A stretch of DNA of 64,000 nt from Octopus sinensis. Its lineage: Eukaryota. Made by a program: the position numbers and the translations under genes. Below the pieces are notes generated by a model, which saw nothing but the letters and a program-made list of their open reading frames with translations, was not told the DNA's origin and made no database searches. Shown one piece after another: positions 1-16,907 of the stretch (position 1 is its first letter; every line of letters starts with the position of its first letter). The stretch covers positions 13,441 to 77,440 of the forward strand of contig NW_021836177.1 of NCBI RefSeq assembly GCF_006345805.1, read 5' to 3'.

Positions 1-455
1 TGAGCTATTATATGCCTCGGTCGTGCAGGAACAAAAGTGTGGCATGCTGGCGCGTTGTAAGGGACAAACAACTTTCTCTATGTATGCGTGACCGACCTCG
101 GGTCTTACAGAGATGAGTTGTGCTTACAAGGGCACGTTGAGCATGGAAAACAAGCGACAAAGGCATGTGTGGCGTATGAATGTGACAGAGATAGCATTTG
201 TGTGTGTATTAACTGTGTGTTCGTGTGTGCGACAGAAGTACAAACAAGGTGTATGCGGGCAAAACAAAATACAGCGCATAGGAAAAGTCTCTCAGGGTAT
301 TTCAGACAAGATGGAGTTAATTTACCAGTTCGTAGTAAAGTACATAATAGCAGTTCGTTCTGTAACAGGATGTTCGGATCACAAGTGCAGATGCCGGTTG
401 AACACATGTCGTGTAGCGGTTGTGGCTTCAATGCTGTGCCAGGTTACATTGGTAC

Positions 456-799
456 GGCGGCGAGCTGGCAGAAACGTTAACATGCCGGGCGAAATGCTTA
501 GCGGTATTTCGTCTGCGTTACGTTGTGAGTTCAAATTCCGCCGAGGTCGACTTTGCCTTTCATCCTTTCGGGGTCGATTCGGCGGCGAGCTGGCAGAAAC
601 GTTAACATGCCGGGCGAAATGCTTAGCGGTATTTCGTCTGCGTTACGTTGTGAGTTCAAATTCCGCCGAGGTCGACTTTGCCTTTCATCCTTTCGGGCTC
701 AATTAAATAAGTACCAGTTACGCACTGGGGTCGATGTAATCGACTTAATCTCCTTGTCTGTCCTCTCTGTGTTTAGCCCCTTGTGGGTAGTAAAGAAAT
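456..799 (+). mobile_element. tRNA-derived SINE family A, with 125-bp head duplication and 15-bp TSD
   Basis: AGGTTACATTGGTAC at 441-455 and 800-814. Heads begin at 456 and 581. B-box GAGTTCAAATTCC. Confidence 0.88.
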
Positions 800-1170
800 A
801 GGTTACATTGGTACAGAAGATCTCGCAGGTAGTGCTGTGCTGTTAACCTCGGTGAAAATCATAACAGCGTGAAAGCTAAACCTGAATGAGTGCTATGTAC
901 ATATTAGTGTTGCTGGAGATGAAGGCGACGGAGATGGAGACGACGTGAAGGTGAAGGACGACGATGGTGATGGCGACGGCAGAGAAAGGCGACGTTGAGA
1001 TGAAGGCGTCGGTGGCGTTGCTGGTGTATGTTAGCGTCGTCATTGGCTGGAGCAGGAACATGACTGGCTGGTCTGGTCGTCTGCCGCTGGAACTGGAACA
1101 TGGTTGAGTAAGCTCTGTGTGGATGAAGACTGCGGCAGATTGATTGGTTCAGACTAGGTAGAAACTAGAT

Positions 1171-2146
1171 TTTAGCTAAGTGTTCTATGGTCTATGACCA
1201 GAACTCGGGAAACTTGCTTGACTGTTCTATGGTCTATCACCAGAACTCGGGAAACTTGCTTGACTGCTCTATGGTCTATGACCAGAACTCGGCAAACTTG
1301 GTTGAGTGTTCTATGGTCTATGACCAGAACTCGGGAAACTTGATAGACTGTTCTATGGTCTATGACCAGAACTCGGGAAACTTGCTTGACTGTTCTATGG
1401 TCTATGACCAGAACTCGGCAAACTTGGTTGAGTGTTCTATGGTCTATGACCAGAACTCGGGAAACTTGCTTGACTGTTCTATGGTCTATGACCAGAACTC
1501 GGGAAACTTGCTTGACTGTTCTATGGTCTATGACCAGAACTCGGGAAACTTGCTTGACTGTTCTATGGTCTATGACCAGAACTCGGGAAACTTGATAGAC
1601 TGTTCTATGGTCTATGACCAGAACTCGGGAAACTTGGTTGAGTGTTCTATGGTCTATGACCAGAACTCGGGAAACTTGGTTGACTGTTCTATGGTCTATG
1701 ACCAGAACTCGGGGAACTTGCTTGACTGTTCTATGGTCTATGACCAGAACTCGGGAAACTTGCTTGACTGTTCTATGGTCTATGACCAGAACTCGGGGAA
1801 CTTGGTTGAGTGTTCTATGGTCTATGACCAGAACTCGGGGAACTTGGTTGAGTGTTCTATGGTCTATGACCAGAACTCGGGAAACTTGCTTGACTGTTCT
1901 ATGGTCTATGACCAGAACTCGGGGAACTTGGTTGAGTGTTCTATGGTCTATGACCAGAACTCGGGAAACTTGCTTGGCTGTTCTATGGTCTATGACCAGA
2001 ACTCGGGAAACTTGCTTGACTGTTCTATGGTCTATGACCAGAACTCGGCAAACTTGGTTCAGTGTTCTATGGTCTATGACCAGAACTCGGGAAACTTGCT
2101 TGACTGTTCTATGGTCTATGACCAGAACTCGGGAAACTTGGTTGAG
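1171..2146. repeat. 42-bp minisatellite, ~23 copies (ORF 1187..2176 of 14-aa repeats, probably non-coding)
   Basis: Unit TGTTCTATGGTCTATGACCAGAACTCGGGAAACTTGCTTGAC with a few recurring variants. Confidence 0.95.
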
Positions 2147-3220
2147 TCCTCATCTTATAAAATGTGGCTCCAGTAGACCCAAATGAAATCGGGTTATATT
2201 AACCAAAATGTGAAAAGGGGTCTAAATGGGGCTGGAAGGGGATTAAAATTTAAAGGAGCGGGTGCTTAGCAATTCTCTGTTACATCAAGCTAAAAAATTT
2301 GCGCCAGCCTTTTAATCGTCAATGTGTTGCCGTCCATCATGAAGAAGTTTTGAATGCTTGCCATCGTGAGTCTACTGTCGTGAGAAAGAATCAATTCAAA
2401 ACTTGGTGTTTAGGGATTTTCTTTTACATCAAGTTCAAAATTTTACGCCAGCCTCTGAACTGTCAATACGTTGCCGTCCGTCGTTAAGAAATGTCAGCCA
2501 TGGTGACACTACTATCCTCAAATACTATCCCTTCAAACTTTGGTTTCAATATTTTATTATTTTTATTCAGCTAGCAAGTTCGTCTGTCCCTTTTAAATGT
2601 TAGTGTTTTGCTGTCTACCTTGAAGCAGACCTTTCCGTTGTTACTGCTGCCGATATTTATGATTGATCTTTCTAAATATTTTATTTCTCAACTTACTCAA
2701 GATCTTTTGTTGTTTATAAATGGGAGAGAGATAATAGATAGAGAGTAAGAGAAAGCGAGGAGAGTCCAAGAGAAAGGAAGAGTAAGAAGTGGGGAAAGTG
2801 AGATGGAAAGGAGAGAGAAACAAAGAGGGAGAATCATCATCATCATCATCATCATCATCGTTTAACGTCCGTTTTCCGTGCTAGCACGGGTTGGACAGTT
2901 TGACGGGGTCTGGGAAGCCAGGAGGCTGCACCAGGCTCCAGTCTGATCTGGCAATTTTTTCTACAGGTGGATGACCTTCCTAACGCCAACCACTCTGTGA
3001 GCGTAGTGGGTGCTTTTTTCGTGCCGCCGGCACAAATACCAGGGGCGCTCGCAGCGGCAACGATCGGTTGGTGCTTTTTACGTGCCACCGGCACAGAAGC
3101 CAGTCAAGGCGGCGCTGCAATCGGCCACGTTCGGATGGTGCTTTTTACGTGCTGAAAGGAAGCAACAGAAAGTAACAACCACACTCTTACCCACGCATAG
3201 AGCGGGTCACCTTCAGCTAG
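2147..3220 (+). mobile_element. Non-autonomous Helitron-like element containing a captured RTE 3' tail
   Basis: Begins TC, ends hairpin-CACCTTCAG-CTAG|T. Second copy in inverted orientation at 28781-29804. Confidence 0.72.
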
Positions 3221-3289
<69 letters not shown>

Positions 3290-3304
3290 TATATATATAT
3301 ATAC

Positions 3305-3708
3305 AAACATAATTAATAATACCGGTCCAGGAAATAGATGGTAAATGTTTTTATTTTTCATTCCTTTCGAGACTTTATCCTCAATAGTGTTGGACTTTAG
3401 CTGTTCCTTCTAGCGTAAGGTAGTCTTATGATGGACACCTCTTATTGTGTTTAGATGTACATTGTATTTTATACATACTTTTAAGCATTTTTTTGCTATA
3501 GTTGTATTACTTTCGCCTCCTTGGAGAGTATTATGATTGTATTTCGGTCTGAAGCCATTATCTAATCTATAAATATGAACTTATTTAGTCTGAAGTAAAC
3601 ACAAGACACACTAAGCTTTTACAATGATGTATAATTTTCATATCTTATCGCATCTATTGATTGTTATTAAAGTCCAAAAATTGGTGGCCTTAATTTCAGA
3701 ACACCCTG
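3305..3708. mobile_element. Tc1/mariner-like terminal fragment (copies at 15184-15588 and partial 16565-16745)
   Basis: Near-identical copies ending ...GAACACCCTG|TA, i.e. a CAGGGTGTTC terminus with TA. No transposase seen. Confidence 0.5.
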
Positions 3709-3812
3709 TACACACACACATACACATTATCATTATCTCCTTCTCTCTCCCTCCCTTTCCCCATCTCTCTCTCTTTCTCTCTCACTCTCTCTCTCTCTTT
3801 GTATATATATAT

Positions 3813-4083
3813 GTGGGAGTGCAATGGCCCAGTGGTTAGGGCAGCGGACTCGCGGTTTCGATTCCTAGACCGGGCGTTGTGAGTGTTTATTGAACGAAAG
3901 CACCTAAAAGATCCACGAGGCTCCGGCAGGGGGTGGTGATCCCTGCTGTACTCTTTCACCACCCTTTCTTCTGTTGGCCTGCTCGCTTAGCCAGCGGGGT
4001 GGCGTCATTCGAAGGCTAAAACAATGCGAACTCATTGTGACCAGCGATGTGTAACAACATCTGATGGTCTGGTCAGTCACGAA
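3813..4083 (+). mobile_element. tRNA-derived SINE family B (copies at 15781-16045 +, 61849-62137 +, head fragment 36580-36682 -, related body 32880-33225 +)
   Basis: A-box TGGCCCAGTGGTTAGG, B-box GGTTTCGATTCC, shared body. Confidence 0.85.
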
Positions 4084-4086
4084 AAA

Positions 4087-4129
<43 letters not shown>

Positions 4130-4135
4130 CATATA

Positions 4136-4224
<89 letters not shown>

Positions 4225-4444
4225 TATATATATATATATATTTTCATTCGTTAGCTCTTGCACGCATTTTTTTCCCTTCTTGTTTCTCTCCTTGTTTCTT
4301 TTCTGTGTATCTTTCTGTTGAAGAGCGTAGGCTCGAGACGTAAAAGACTTGTTTTATTTCTATTCCTGAGCGCCAAACTAATACATTGTTTGTTTGTACT
4401 CCACCTGCCTTCGTCTTTTGTTTATTTTCGTAAAGCTTCCTGTT

Positions 4445-4508
<64 letters not shown>

Positions 4509-4524
4509 TATACATACATATATA

Positions 4525-5096
4525 TCATCATCATCATCATCTTCGTTTAGCGTCAGTTTTCCATGCTGGCATGGGATGGACGGTGCAACTGGGGTCTGGG
4601 AAGCCAGAAGGCTGTACCAGGCCCAGTCTGATCTGGCAATCTTTCTACGGCTGGATGCCCTTCCTAACGCCAACCACTCCATGAGTGTAGCGAGTGCTTT
4701 TTACGTGCCACCTGCACAGGTGCCAGACGAGTCTGGCAAACGGCCACAGTCGGCTGGTGCTTTTTACGTGCCACCTGCACAGGTGCCAGACGAGTCTGGC
4801 AAACGGCCACAGTCGGCTGGTGCTTTTTACGTGCCACCGGCACGGAGGCGAGGCGAGGCTGGCAAACGGCCACAGTCGGGTTGTGCTTTTAACGTGCCAC
4901 CGGCACGGAGTTGAGGCGAGGCTGGCAAATGGCCACGGTCGGATGGTGCTTTTTACGTGCCATCGGCACGGAAGCCAGTCAGGGTGGCACTGGCAACGCC
5001 CACGTTCGGATAGTTCTCTTATGTGCCACCAGCACTGGTATCACAGCGACAATTTCCATTCATGTTGATCGATTTTGATTTTTGATTTTTGATTTC
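4525..5096 (-). mobile_element. RTE 3' UTR with (GAT)n tail and ~5 x 63-bp internal repeats, inverted relative to the adjacent RTE body
   Basis: Matches the 3' UTRs attached to the RTE copies at 11081 and 26740. Confidence 0.85.
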
Positions 5097-5099
5097 TAA

Positions 5100-8868
<3,769 letters not shown>

Positions 8869-8889
8869 TACATATATACATATATATAT

Positions 8890-8922
<33 letters not shown>

Positions 8923-8988
8923 TATATACATATATATATATACTTATATACATATACATATATATAGATATATATATACATACATATA

Positions 8989-10310
8989 CTAGCAGAATTG
9001 CCCGGCGATGCTCGGGACTGATTTGCTTGAAAGTACTGTTAATGATTGCACTGAATTATGATGATTATTCAGGCAAATATTTATATAAGTTTACGGTGGG
9101 AGATAAGGACTTAACGATCAAACGTGTGCCATTGCATTGTTTTGGGGGAACCAAATTTCTAATGAGCATTATAGGGGCACCAACTTTAAGTTTGAGAATG
9201 TGTGGTGGTAGTCCGGGGGTCTCAAAGGATCTGAGTACCTCTATTGGATAGTTGATGACGTCCTCTGGGTCAGGAGTTGTATCGATAGACTTATATACAT
9301 AGACATCCCCAGGAATGAGTTTTAGCATTTCATCATTAATATGGTGAACAGTTTTATTCCTCGGGACCAGAATAGCCCTTTGGCCAATCCAATCCATATT
9401 CTGATAATTAGCTTGTAGATCTGGGAACACTGCATCTCTGAGATCAGAAGGCGTTTTAACGATGGTACAAATGGAATCGATGGCAATATTACCATTTTCA
9501 TCCCCTGGTATTTTGCCTTCGCCAAGTGCAAGGAGGGTGTGAGGAAATGCTGCTGATGTGATATCACGTCGCATATGAGCATGCATATTGGTGTGAAGTT
9601 TGAGAGTCTTCACCAGTGGCCACAATGTGGATGACTTAAGACACGCACTTACTGCATCAGCTCTAGTCCCTTTGGGAATAACGGGAAGTGTTTGTCGGAA
9701 GTCCCCTGAAAGAAGAAGTGTTATGCCTCCCATGGGAGCTGAAGAGTGTTTGATGTCTCTGAGAGATCTATCTAGTGCCTCAAGAGCACCTCTGTGGGCC
9801 ATCGTGCATTCATCCCAAACGATAAGCTTGCATCGTCTGAAGACTTCTGCCTGATCGGAGCTGTTACTGATGTTGCAAGTTGTTGGTGTCTCAGTCTTCG
9901 CTAAGTCAAGCGGAAGCTTGAAAGTGGAGTGAGCTGTCCTGCCGCCTGGAAACAAAGTAGCCGCAATTCCAGATGATGCCACAGCTAGGGCAATGCCTTG
10001 TGTTCGCCTAATCTCAGCCAATATTAATTTGTTGAGAAAAGTTTTCCCAGTGCCCCCAGGAGCGTCCAGGAAAAAAATCCCCCCCAGCTTTGGCCCGGAC
10101 TGAATTAGCAACGGAGTTGTGAGCGAACTTCTGTTCTGGAAGGAGCTTTGGCTCATTGTCGGCTATGTACTCGGCAAGCTCGTCAACATTAAAACATTCT
10201 CACGCAGCAAATGTGAAGACAGAGTGTTTGTGCCTTCCCGGTTTGTTGAAGGTAGGCTATAGACCGGCAAGGCACTACCGCCCATATCAAGTACAGTATC
10301 TTCGAACGTA
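8989..10310 (-). mobile_element. Helitron fragment encoding PIF1-family helicase (ORF 9065..10156) joined to a Helitron 3' terminus
   Basis: DAPGGTGKT (Walker A), IVWDECTM, GDFRQTLPV and LIRNL motifs. Hairpin CCCGAG-CATCG-CCGGG and CTAG at 8989-8992, with a T beyond it. Confidence 0.9.
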
Positions 10311-11080
10311 GTTTGTTACCACACAGCCACACCTGCCCCTATGTATGTGTGTGTGTGTGTGTGTGTGTATGGGTAGATATATTATGCATGTATATATGTG
10401 TACATATTACATGTACATCTATATATATATACATCTACACATAAAATACAAAATACAAAGTTATATCTTGATATCGCTAGTGATAACAATACTCAAAATA
10501 TATAACAGACTGGAATTGTAGGCTCGTCTCTTGCAATTTCGATCAATTGGATCTTGCCCTCCCTCTTGTATAGAAGTGTATGGCTGCAGTGAAATTCCTT
10601 TTTGGACTTTCTTCTATCGAAGGCATTTTAACAAAAATGCTTCCGTAAAGACGGTGAAAATATTGTCAATTTCCCCAAACAGGGACACAATTCAATTTTG
10701 AAACAATAACCAAAGCCCCTTCTCTGAAAGGGGGAGTGTTACGGTTTACAATTATTTAACAAATGCAACACAACAACGTTTCCCTGACGAGGAACAACAA
10801 ACGTGATTACAATAGTCAAACAGTAATAATAATAACAACAAACCTTTTTAATTTATCCCCATTTATGTGAAACCACTTATTCAAGTTCAAGTCATTGATG
10901 CAATTTTATACGAATTGCTAATACACACACACACATAATAAGGGTGAAAAAATTAAATATTAATTTGATTAATATGAATTGAAAACCAGTGGTGTAGCAT
11001 ATAAGACCATAGCGGATCAAATGATTTGGGAGGCAGAGAAAATCTGCCTTTTATCATATGAGATCATAATATATATATAT

Positions 11081-14000
11081 CATCATCATCATCATCATCA
11101 TCATCGTTTAACGTCCGTTCTCCATGCTAGCATGGGTTGGACGGTTCGACCGGGGATCTGGGAAGCCAGAAGGCTGCACCAGGCTCCGGTCTTATCTGGC
11201 AATGTTTCTACAGCTGGATGCCCTTCCTAACGCCAACCACTCCGTGAGTGTAGTGGGTGCTTTTTACGTGCCACCTGCACTGGAGCCAGGCGAGGCTGGC
11301 ATTGGCCACGGTCGGATTGGTGCATTTTACGTGCCACCTGCACGGAAGCCAGTCGAGGCGGCACTGGCTTCGGCCACGATTCAGATTGCACTTTTTACGT
11401 ATCTCCAGTCCAGGGGTCCTGGCATCTGCCGGGTGCCAGTCATAGGATTGGTTCAATTTCGATTCCGATTTCACTTGCCCCAACAGGTCTTCGCAAGCAA
11501 AGGGGGGTAGGCATGGGTGCCTGTCGTCGGATGAGGTTCGATATCGACTTCGCTTTTCTCAACAGGTCTTTGTGTGTCCAAGGGAGGAAAGGCATGCATA
11601 AGTGGGCTGGACTCACTTGTCCTGCCTCGTCTTTTCACGCACAGCATATTTTCAAAGATCTCGGTCGCAAGTCATTTCCTCAGTGAGACCTAAAGTTCGA
11701 AGGTCGTGCTTCACCACCTCAGCCCAAGTTTTCCTGGGTCTACCTTTACCACGGGTTCTCTCCACTGCTAGGGATTGGCACTTTTCACACACCTATCTTC
11801 ATCCATTCTCGCCACATGACCATACCAGCGCAATCATCTCTCTTGCACACCACAACTGATGCTCCTTAAGTCCAACATTTCTCTCAGGGTACTAACGCTC
11901 TGTCGAGCATGCACATTGACATTACACATCCATCGGAGCATACTGGCTTCATTTCTCGCGAGCTTACGCATGTCCTCAGCAGTCACGGCCCATGTTTCAC
12001 TGCCATGTAGCATGGCTGTTCGTACACATGCATCATACAGTCTGCCTTTTACTCTGAGCGAGAGGCCTTTTGTCACCAGCAGAGGTAAGAGCTCTCTGAA
12101 CTTTGCCCAAGCTATTCTTACTCTAGCAGTTACACTTTCACCACACTACCCCCACTACTGACTTGGTCACCAAGATAACGGAAGCTATCAACTACTTCTA
12201 GTTTTTCCCCCTGGAAAGTGACGGAAGTTGTTTTCTGCAGATTTTCAGAGGTTAATGCTCCCGAGCATCTGCCACATACGAAAACTATCTTCCCAGTTAG
12301 CCTTCCTTTGACATTGCTGCACCTCTTATGTGTCCATAGCTTACACTGGGTACATCTTATAGAGTTTTTACCTACACCTTTTCTACAGATCGAGCAGGGC
12401 CATATTCCTGAAGACATTTGTGGATTGTCTACCTTCCTACTTATTAGTACTTTGGTTTTAGCTAGGTTGACTCTAAGGCCCCTCGATTCTAGACCCTTCT
12501 TCCACACCTGGAACTTCTCCTCCAGTTCTGATAGTGACTCAGCAATTATAGCAAGGTCGTCAGAATATAGGAGCTCCCAGGGGCAACCTGTCTTGAATTC
12601 CTCCGTAATTGCCTGGAAGACTATGATAAATAGGAGGGGGCTGAGGACTGAACACTGGTGGACCCCAACTTCTACTTTGAATTCTTCTGTGTACATGTTG
12701 CAAACCCTAACCTTACTTACGGCATCCCTGTACATGGCTTGCACAGCCCTCACCAGCCATTCATCTATCCCTAGTTTCCTCATTGACCACCAGATAAGGG
12801 ATCGGGGGACCCTGTCAAAATCTTTCTCCATGTCAACGAAAGCCAGGTACAGGGCTTATCTTCGGCTAGGTATTTCTCCTGCAGTTGTCTCACCAGAAAT
12901 ATGGCATCAGTGGTGCTTTTCCCTGGCATGAACCAAACTGCATCTCGTCCAAGTTGACTCTCTCCCTAATCAGTTGGGCTATGACCCTCTCTGTAACCTT
13001 CATTACCTGATCCAACAGCTTGATACCTCTGTAATTATTTGTATCTAGGGCGTCTCCTTTACCTTTGTAGCAGTTGACTAGTATGCTGCTACACCAGTCA
13101 TTGGGTATGACTCCTTCGTGTATCACCTGGTTAACTATACGGGTGACTAGGTTATAGCCGACACTGCCAGATATTTTGAGCATCTCTGCAGTAATTCCTG
13201 ATGGGCCTGGGGCTTTCCCTGTCTTCGTGCTTCTAATTGCCTTAACTACCAAAGAATTGTCAACTCGGATGGCTGGTCCCTCTGTTGGGTCGACATTTGG
13301 CAGACTCTCTTTCTCCCATTCATTTTCTTTATTCAGCAACCTTTCATAGTGGCGTCTCCAAACCTCTCTCTTTGCATCCTCATTTAGCGCAAGTGAACCA
13401 TCATCCATGCGGACACATTTCTCTCCTACCACATCACGATTCTCTCTCACACACTGTCTTGCAACACGAAATACCTCAAGTCTTTCATCCTCACGGCGCA
13501 GAACATTGGCAAATTTGTTCTTATCCGCTTCCCCTCTGGCTAAATAATACCTGTCTCCTAGCTTCCCTTCTGGCTATCTGATACAACTCCCTGCTACCAC
13601 CGTTCTTCCAGTCCTTCCAAGCCTGTCTCTTTTGTCTAATAGCCCTGTCAACCACCTTGTTCCACCACCACGTTACTCTGGGTCGAGAGGGGACTTTGCT
13701 CTATCCACAGATCTGGTCAGTGGCTGTCAGCAGATTGTCCCGTAGAAATCTCCAGTTGTCTTCCACATTAAGTGAAGCTATATCCCCTTCTATTTCGTCA
13801 AAGGCTTCCAGTAGTATGTCTCTAAATCTCTGTCCATTTGCAGGATCTTTAAGCTTCCAGACCCTTCTCCTCCAAGCTGGTCTTCTTCTGGGCAACCATT
13901 TAGCTCTGATCCTGATGTCGCTAACTACTATTCTATGTTGAGGAGTACATTCTTCGCCTGGAAAGGTTTCGGCATTTATAAGCAGCCCTCTTTCCCTCTT

Positions 14001-15180
14001 TCTGTCGAGGATGTAGTCAATCTGACTAGTGTGTCTGCCAGAACGGTAGGTGACTAGGTGAGAGGTGGGTTTCCTGAAGTTGGTATTGCAAACCATAATT
14101 TCATTTGCATCGCAGAACTCCAGCAGCCTGGTTCCCTCCTCATTTCGGGAGCCAAAACCGTAGCCTCCATGAACGCCATGGAAGCCCCCCGACATGCCGT
14201 CCAACATGTCCATTGAAATCACCTGCCACAAAGAGAAGGTCACTGCCATTTGTCAACGAGGTAGTCCGCAATAGGGTGTCGTAGAATTGGTCTTTCTGCC
14301 CTTCCGGTAGCCCTGGTTGAGGGGTATATGCCGAGATGATAGTAGCTGACCTATGGTGAAGCTCTAATCTAATCTTAAGTACTCTATCACTTGCTCTGAC
14401 TACCTCGATTACCTTATCTACCCATTTCTCTGCAAGAAGGATACCCACGCCCCCGACCCCGTCAGTGTTCCCTGCCCAGAAAATCTTGTACCTGTGTTCC
14501 TTGCCTGTGAGGAGCCTAGCGGAACCTCCTCTCCACCTTACTTCCTGGATGCAGCATAAATCCACACGTCTCCATTCAAGCAGCTCAACAATCTCTCCAG
14601 ACCTACCTTTCAATGTCCCAACATTGAGTGTGCCAACTCTGAGGGTGTGGGAGGTGTGGGCCTCTGAGACCCTGGGATGAGGGACAGCCGTGTCATGTAC
14701 CTGAAAAGAAAGCTTGCACTAGGCAGATTTCATATTGAAACACGAGGCTACAACCTGCATACATTTCACAGTTTTTGCGCTTTATGATCAAATAAACCCT
14801 ACATAGGGGTACGGTTGGGGGGTAGTCAAGTAAGGTAGGGGTAGAAACTTCCGGTATTAGTGGAGGGGGTGAGACTACAACCTGCATAAGTTTCACCGTT
14901 TTTGCTCTATATGATCAAATAAAACCGACATAGGGGTGCGAGTGGATGTATACGCGGGGTGGGGGAGACAAGACAGACGTAGAAACTTCCGGTATTGGTG
15001 GAGGGGGTGGGAGGGCGGGCGCTCAAGGAGCAACGAGGTTGAATATAATTCGTAGGGATGCAACAAAAATTACACATCATCTAGAAACTTTGGAAATTTG
15101 AGTAGAACATAATTTAAATGAGAGGGAGAGAGAGTATTTTGTAAGGAATTCTGGGGGAATGGAATAACACGGGATGGCCC
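11081..15180 (-). mobile_element. Full-length-like RTE LINE, multiply frameshifted
   Basis: Minus-strand ORFs 14140..14613, 13701..14249, 12890..13450, 12130..12831 and 11834..12076 are paralogous to the first RTE. (GAT)n tail at 11081-11105. ~130-bp tandem duplication in the 5' UTR (14741-15010). Confidence 0.93.
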
Positions 15181-15659
15181 TGAAAATAATTAATAATACC
15201 GGTCAGGGAAATAGATGCTAAATGTTTTTATTTTTCATTCCTTTCGAGACTTTATCCCCAATTAGTGGTTTGGACTTTAGCTGTTCCTTCTAGCGTAAGG
15301 TAGTCTTATGATGGACACCTCTTATTGTGTTTAAATGCACACTGTATTTTATACATACATTTAAGAATTTCTTTGCTATAGTTGTATTACTTTCGCCTCC
15401 TTGTGGAGTTTTATGGTTGTATTTCGGTCTGTAGCCATTATCTAATCTATAAGTGTGAATTTATTTGTTCTGAAGCAAACACAAGACACACTAAGCTTTT
15501 ACAATGATGTATAATTTTCATATCTTATCGCCTCTATTGATTGTTATTAAAGTCCAAAAATTGGTGGCCTTAATTTCGGAACAACCTGTACACACACACA
15601 CATTATCATTATCTCCTTCTCACTCCCTCCCATTCCCCATCTCTCTCTCTCTTTCTCTT

Positions 15660-15714
<55 letters not shown>

Positions 15715-15717
15715 TAT

Positions 15718-15758
<41 letters not shown>

Positions 15759-16043
15759 TCATATTTATATATATTTATATGTGGAGGCGCAATGGCCCAG
15801 TGGTTAGGGCAGCAGACTCGCGGTTTCGATACCGGGTGTTGTGAGTGTTTATTGAGCGAAAACACCTAAAAGTTCCACGAGGCCCCGGAAGGGGGTGGTG
15901 ATCTCTGCTGTTCTCTTTCACCACTCTTTCTTCTGTTGGCCTGCTCGCTTAGCCAGCGGGGTGGCGTCATTCGAAGGCTAAAACAATGCGAACTCATTGT
16001 GACCAGCGATGTGTAACAACATCTGATGGTCTGGTCAGTCACG

Positions 16044-16080
<37 letters not shown>

Positions 16081-16374
16081 GCATACGTTATTAGATTTTT
16101 CATTCTTTTTCGTAGAGAGGAAAAATGGAAAGAAAAGAAGAGACGTAAACAAGAGACTATGGCACTACAACCAGCCAGGAACAGTCTTCGCTACATTTGC
16201 GGTACCTGCCAGAGGGAGTGTTTGTCCAGGATAGGACTACACAGCCACAGCAGGAAATGTATCAGGACATGAAATGTAAAAGCCGGACTAGACTACTTTA
16301 TGCGCAACTCCATTGTCTCCCGAGACAAAAAGGATGCCAATAACAACAACACATACATATATATATATATACAA

Positions 16375-16527
<153 letters not shown>

Positions 16528-16907
16528 ATATACAAATACACATACATAAATACATGCATAGAAACATAATTAATAATACCGGTCCAGGAAATAGATGGTA
16601 AATGTTTTTATTTTTCATTCCCTTCGAGAATTTATCCCCAATTAGTGGTTTGGACTTTAGCTGTTCCTTCTAGTGTGAGGCAGTCCAATGATGGACACCT
16701 CTTATTGTGTTTAGATGTACGCTGTATTTTATACATACAAACATATGTACTCACCTACCATATCAATGTAACTCAATTTCTTTGTAGACGACCTGAAGAT
16801 TTATGCTAAAAGTGTGAACAATGCTTAAAAACAACTGGAATTAATAACCTTTTCAGCTGATTTAGGCTTGGAATTTGGCTGAAAGAAACGTTCAAATTTG
16901 GATATAG

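Noticed and set aside
876-1150. Ser/Pro- or Arg/His-rich minus-strand ORFs next to the minisatellite
   Set aside because: Short and low-complexity, with no domain or convincing splice sites.
1171-2146. CRISPR-like array
   Set aside because: Units are contiguous 42-mers with no unique spacers, the context is eukaryotic and no cas genes are present.
3813-3880. tRNA genes at SINE heads
   Set aside because: A/B boxes continue into multi-copy SINE bodies without a complete cloverleaf or T-run terminator.
9065-10156. Host PIF1 helicase gene
   Set aside because: Intronless, truncated at both ends and joined to a Helitron hairpin-CTAG terminus.
10770-10815. CTGACGAG motif resembling a hammerhead core
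   Set aside because: No correctly placed GAAA and no stem II could be formed.
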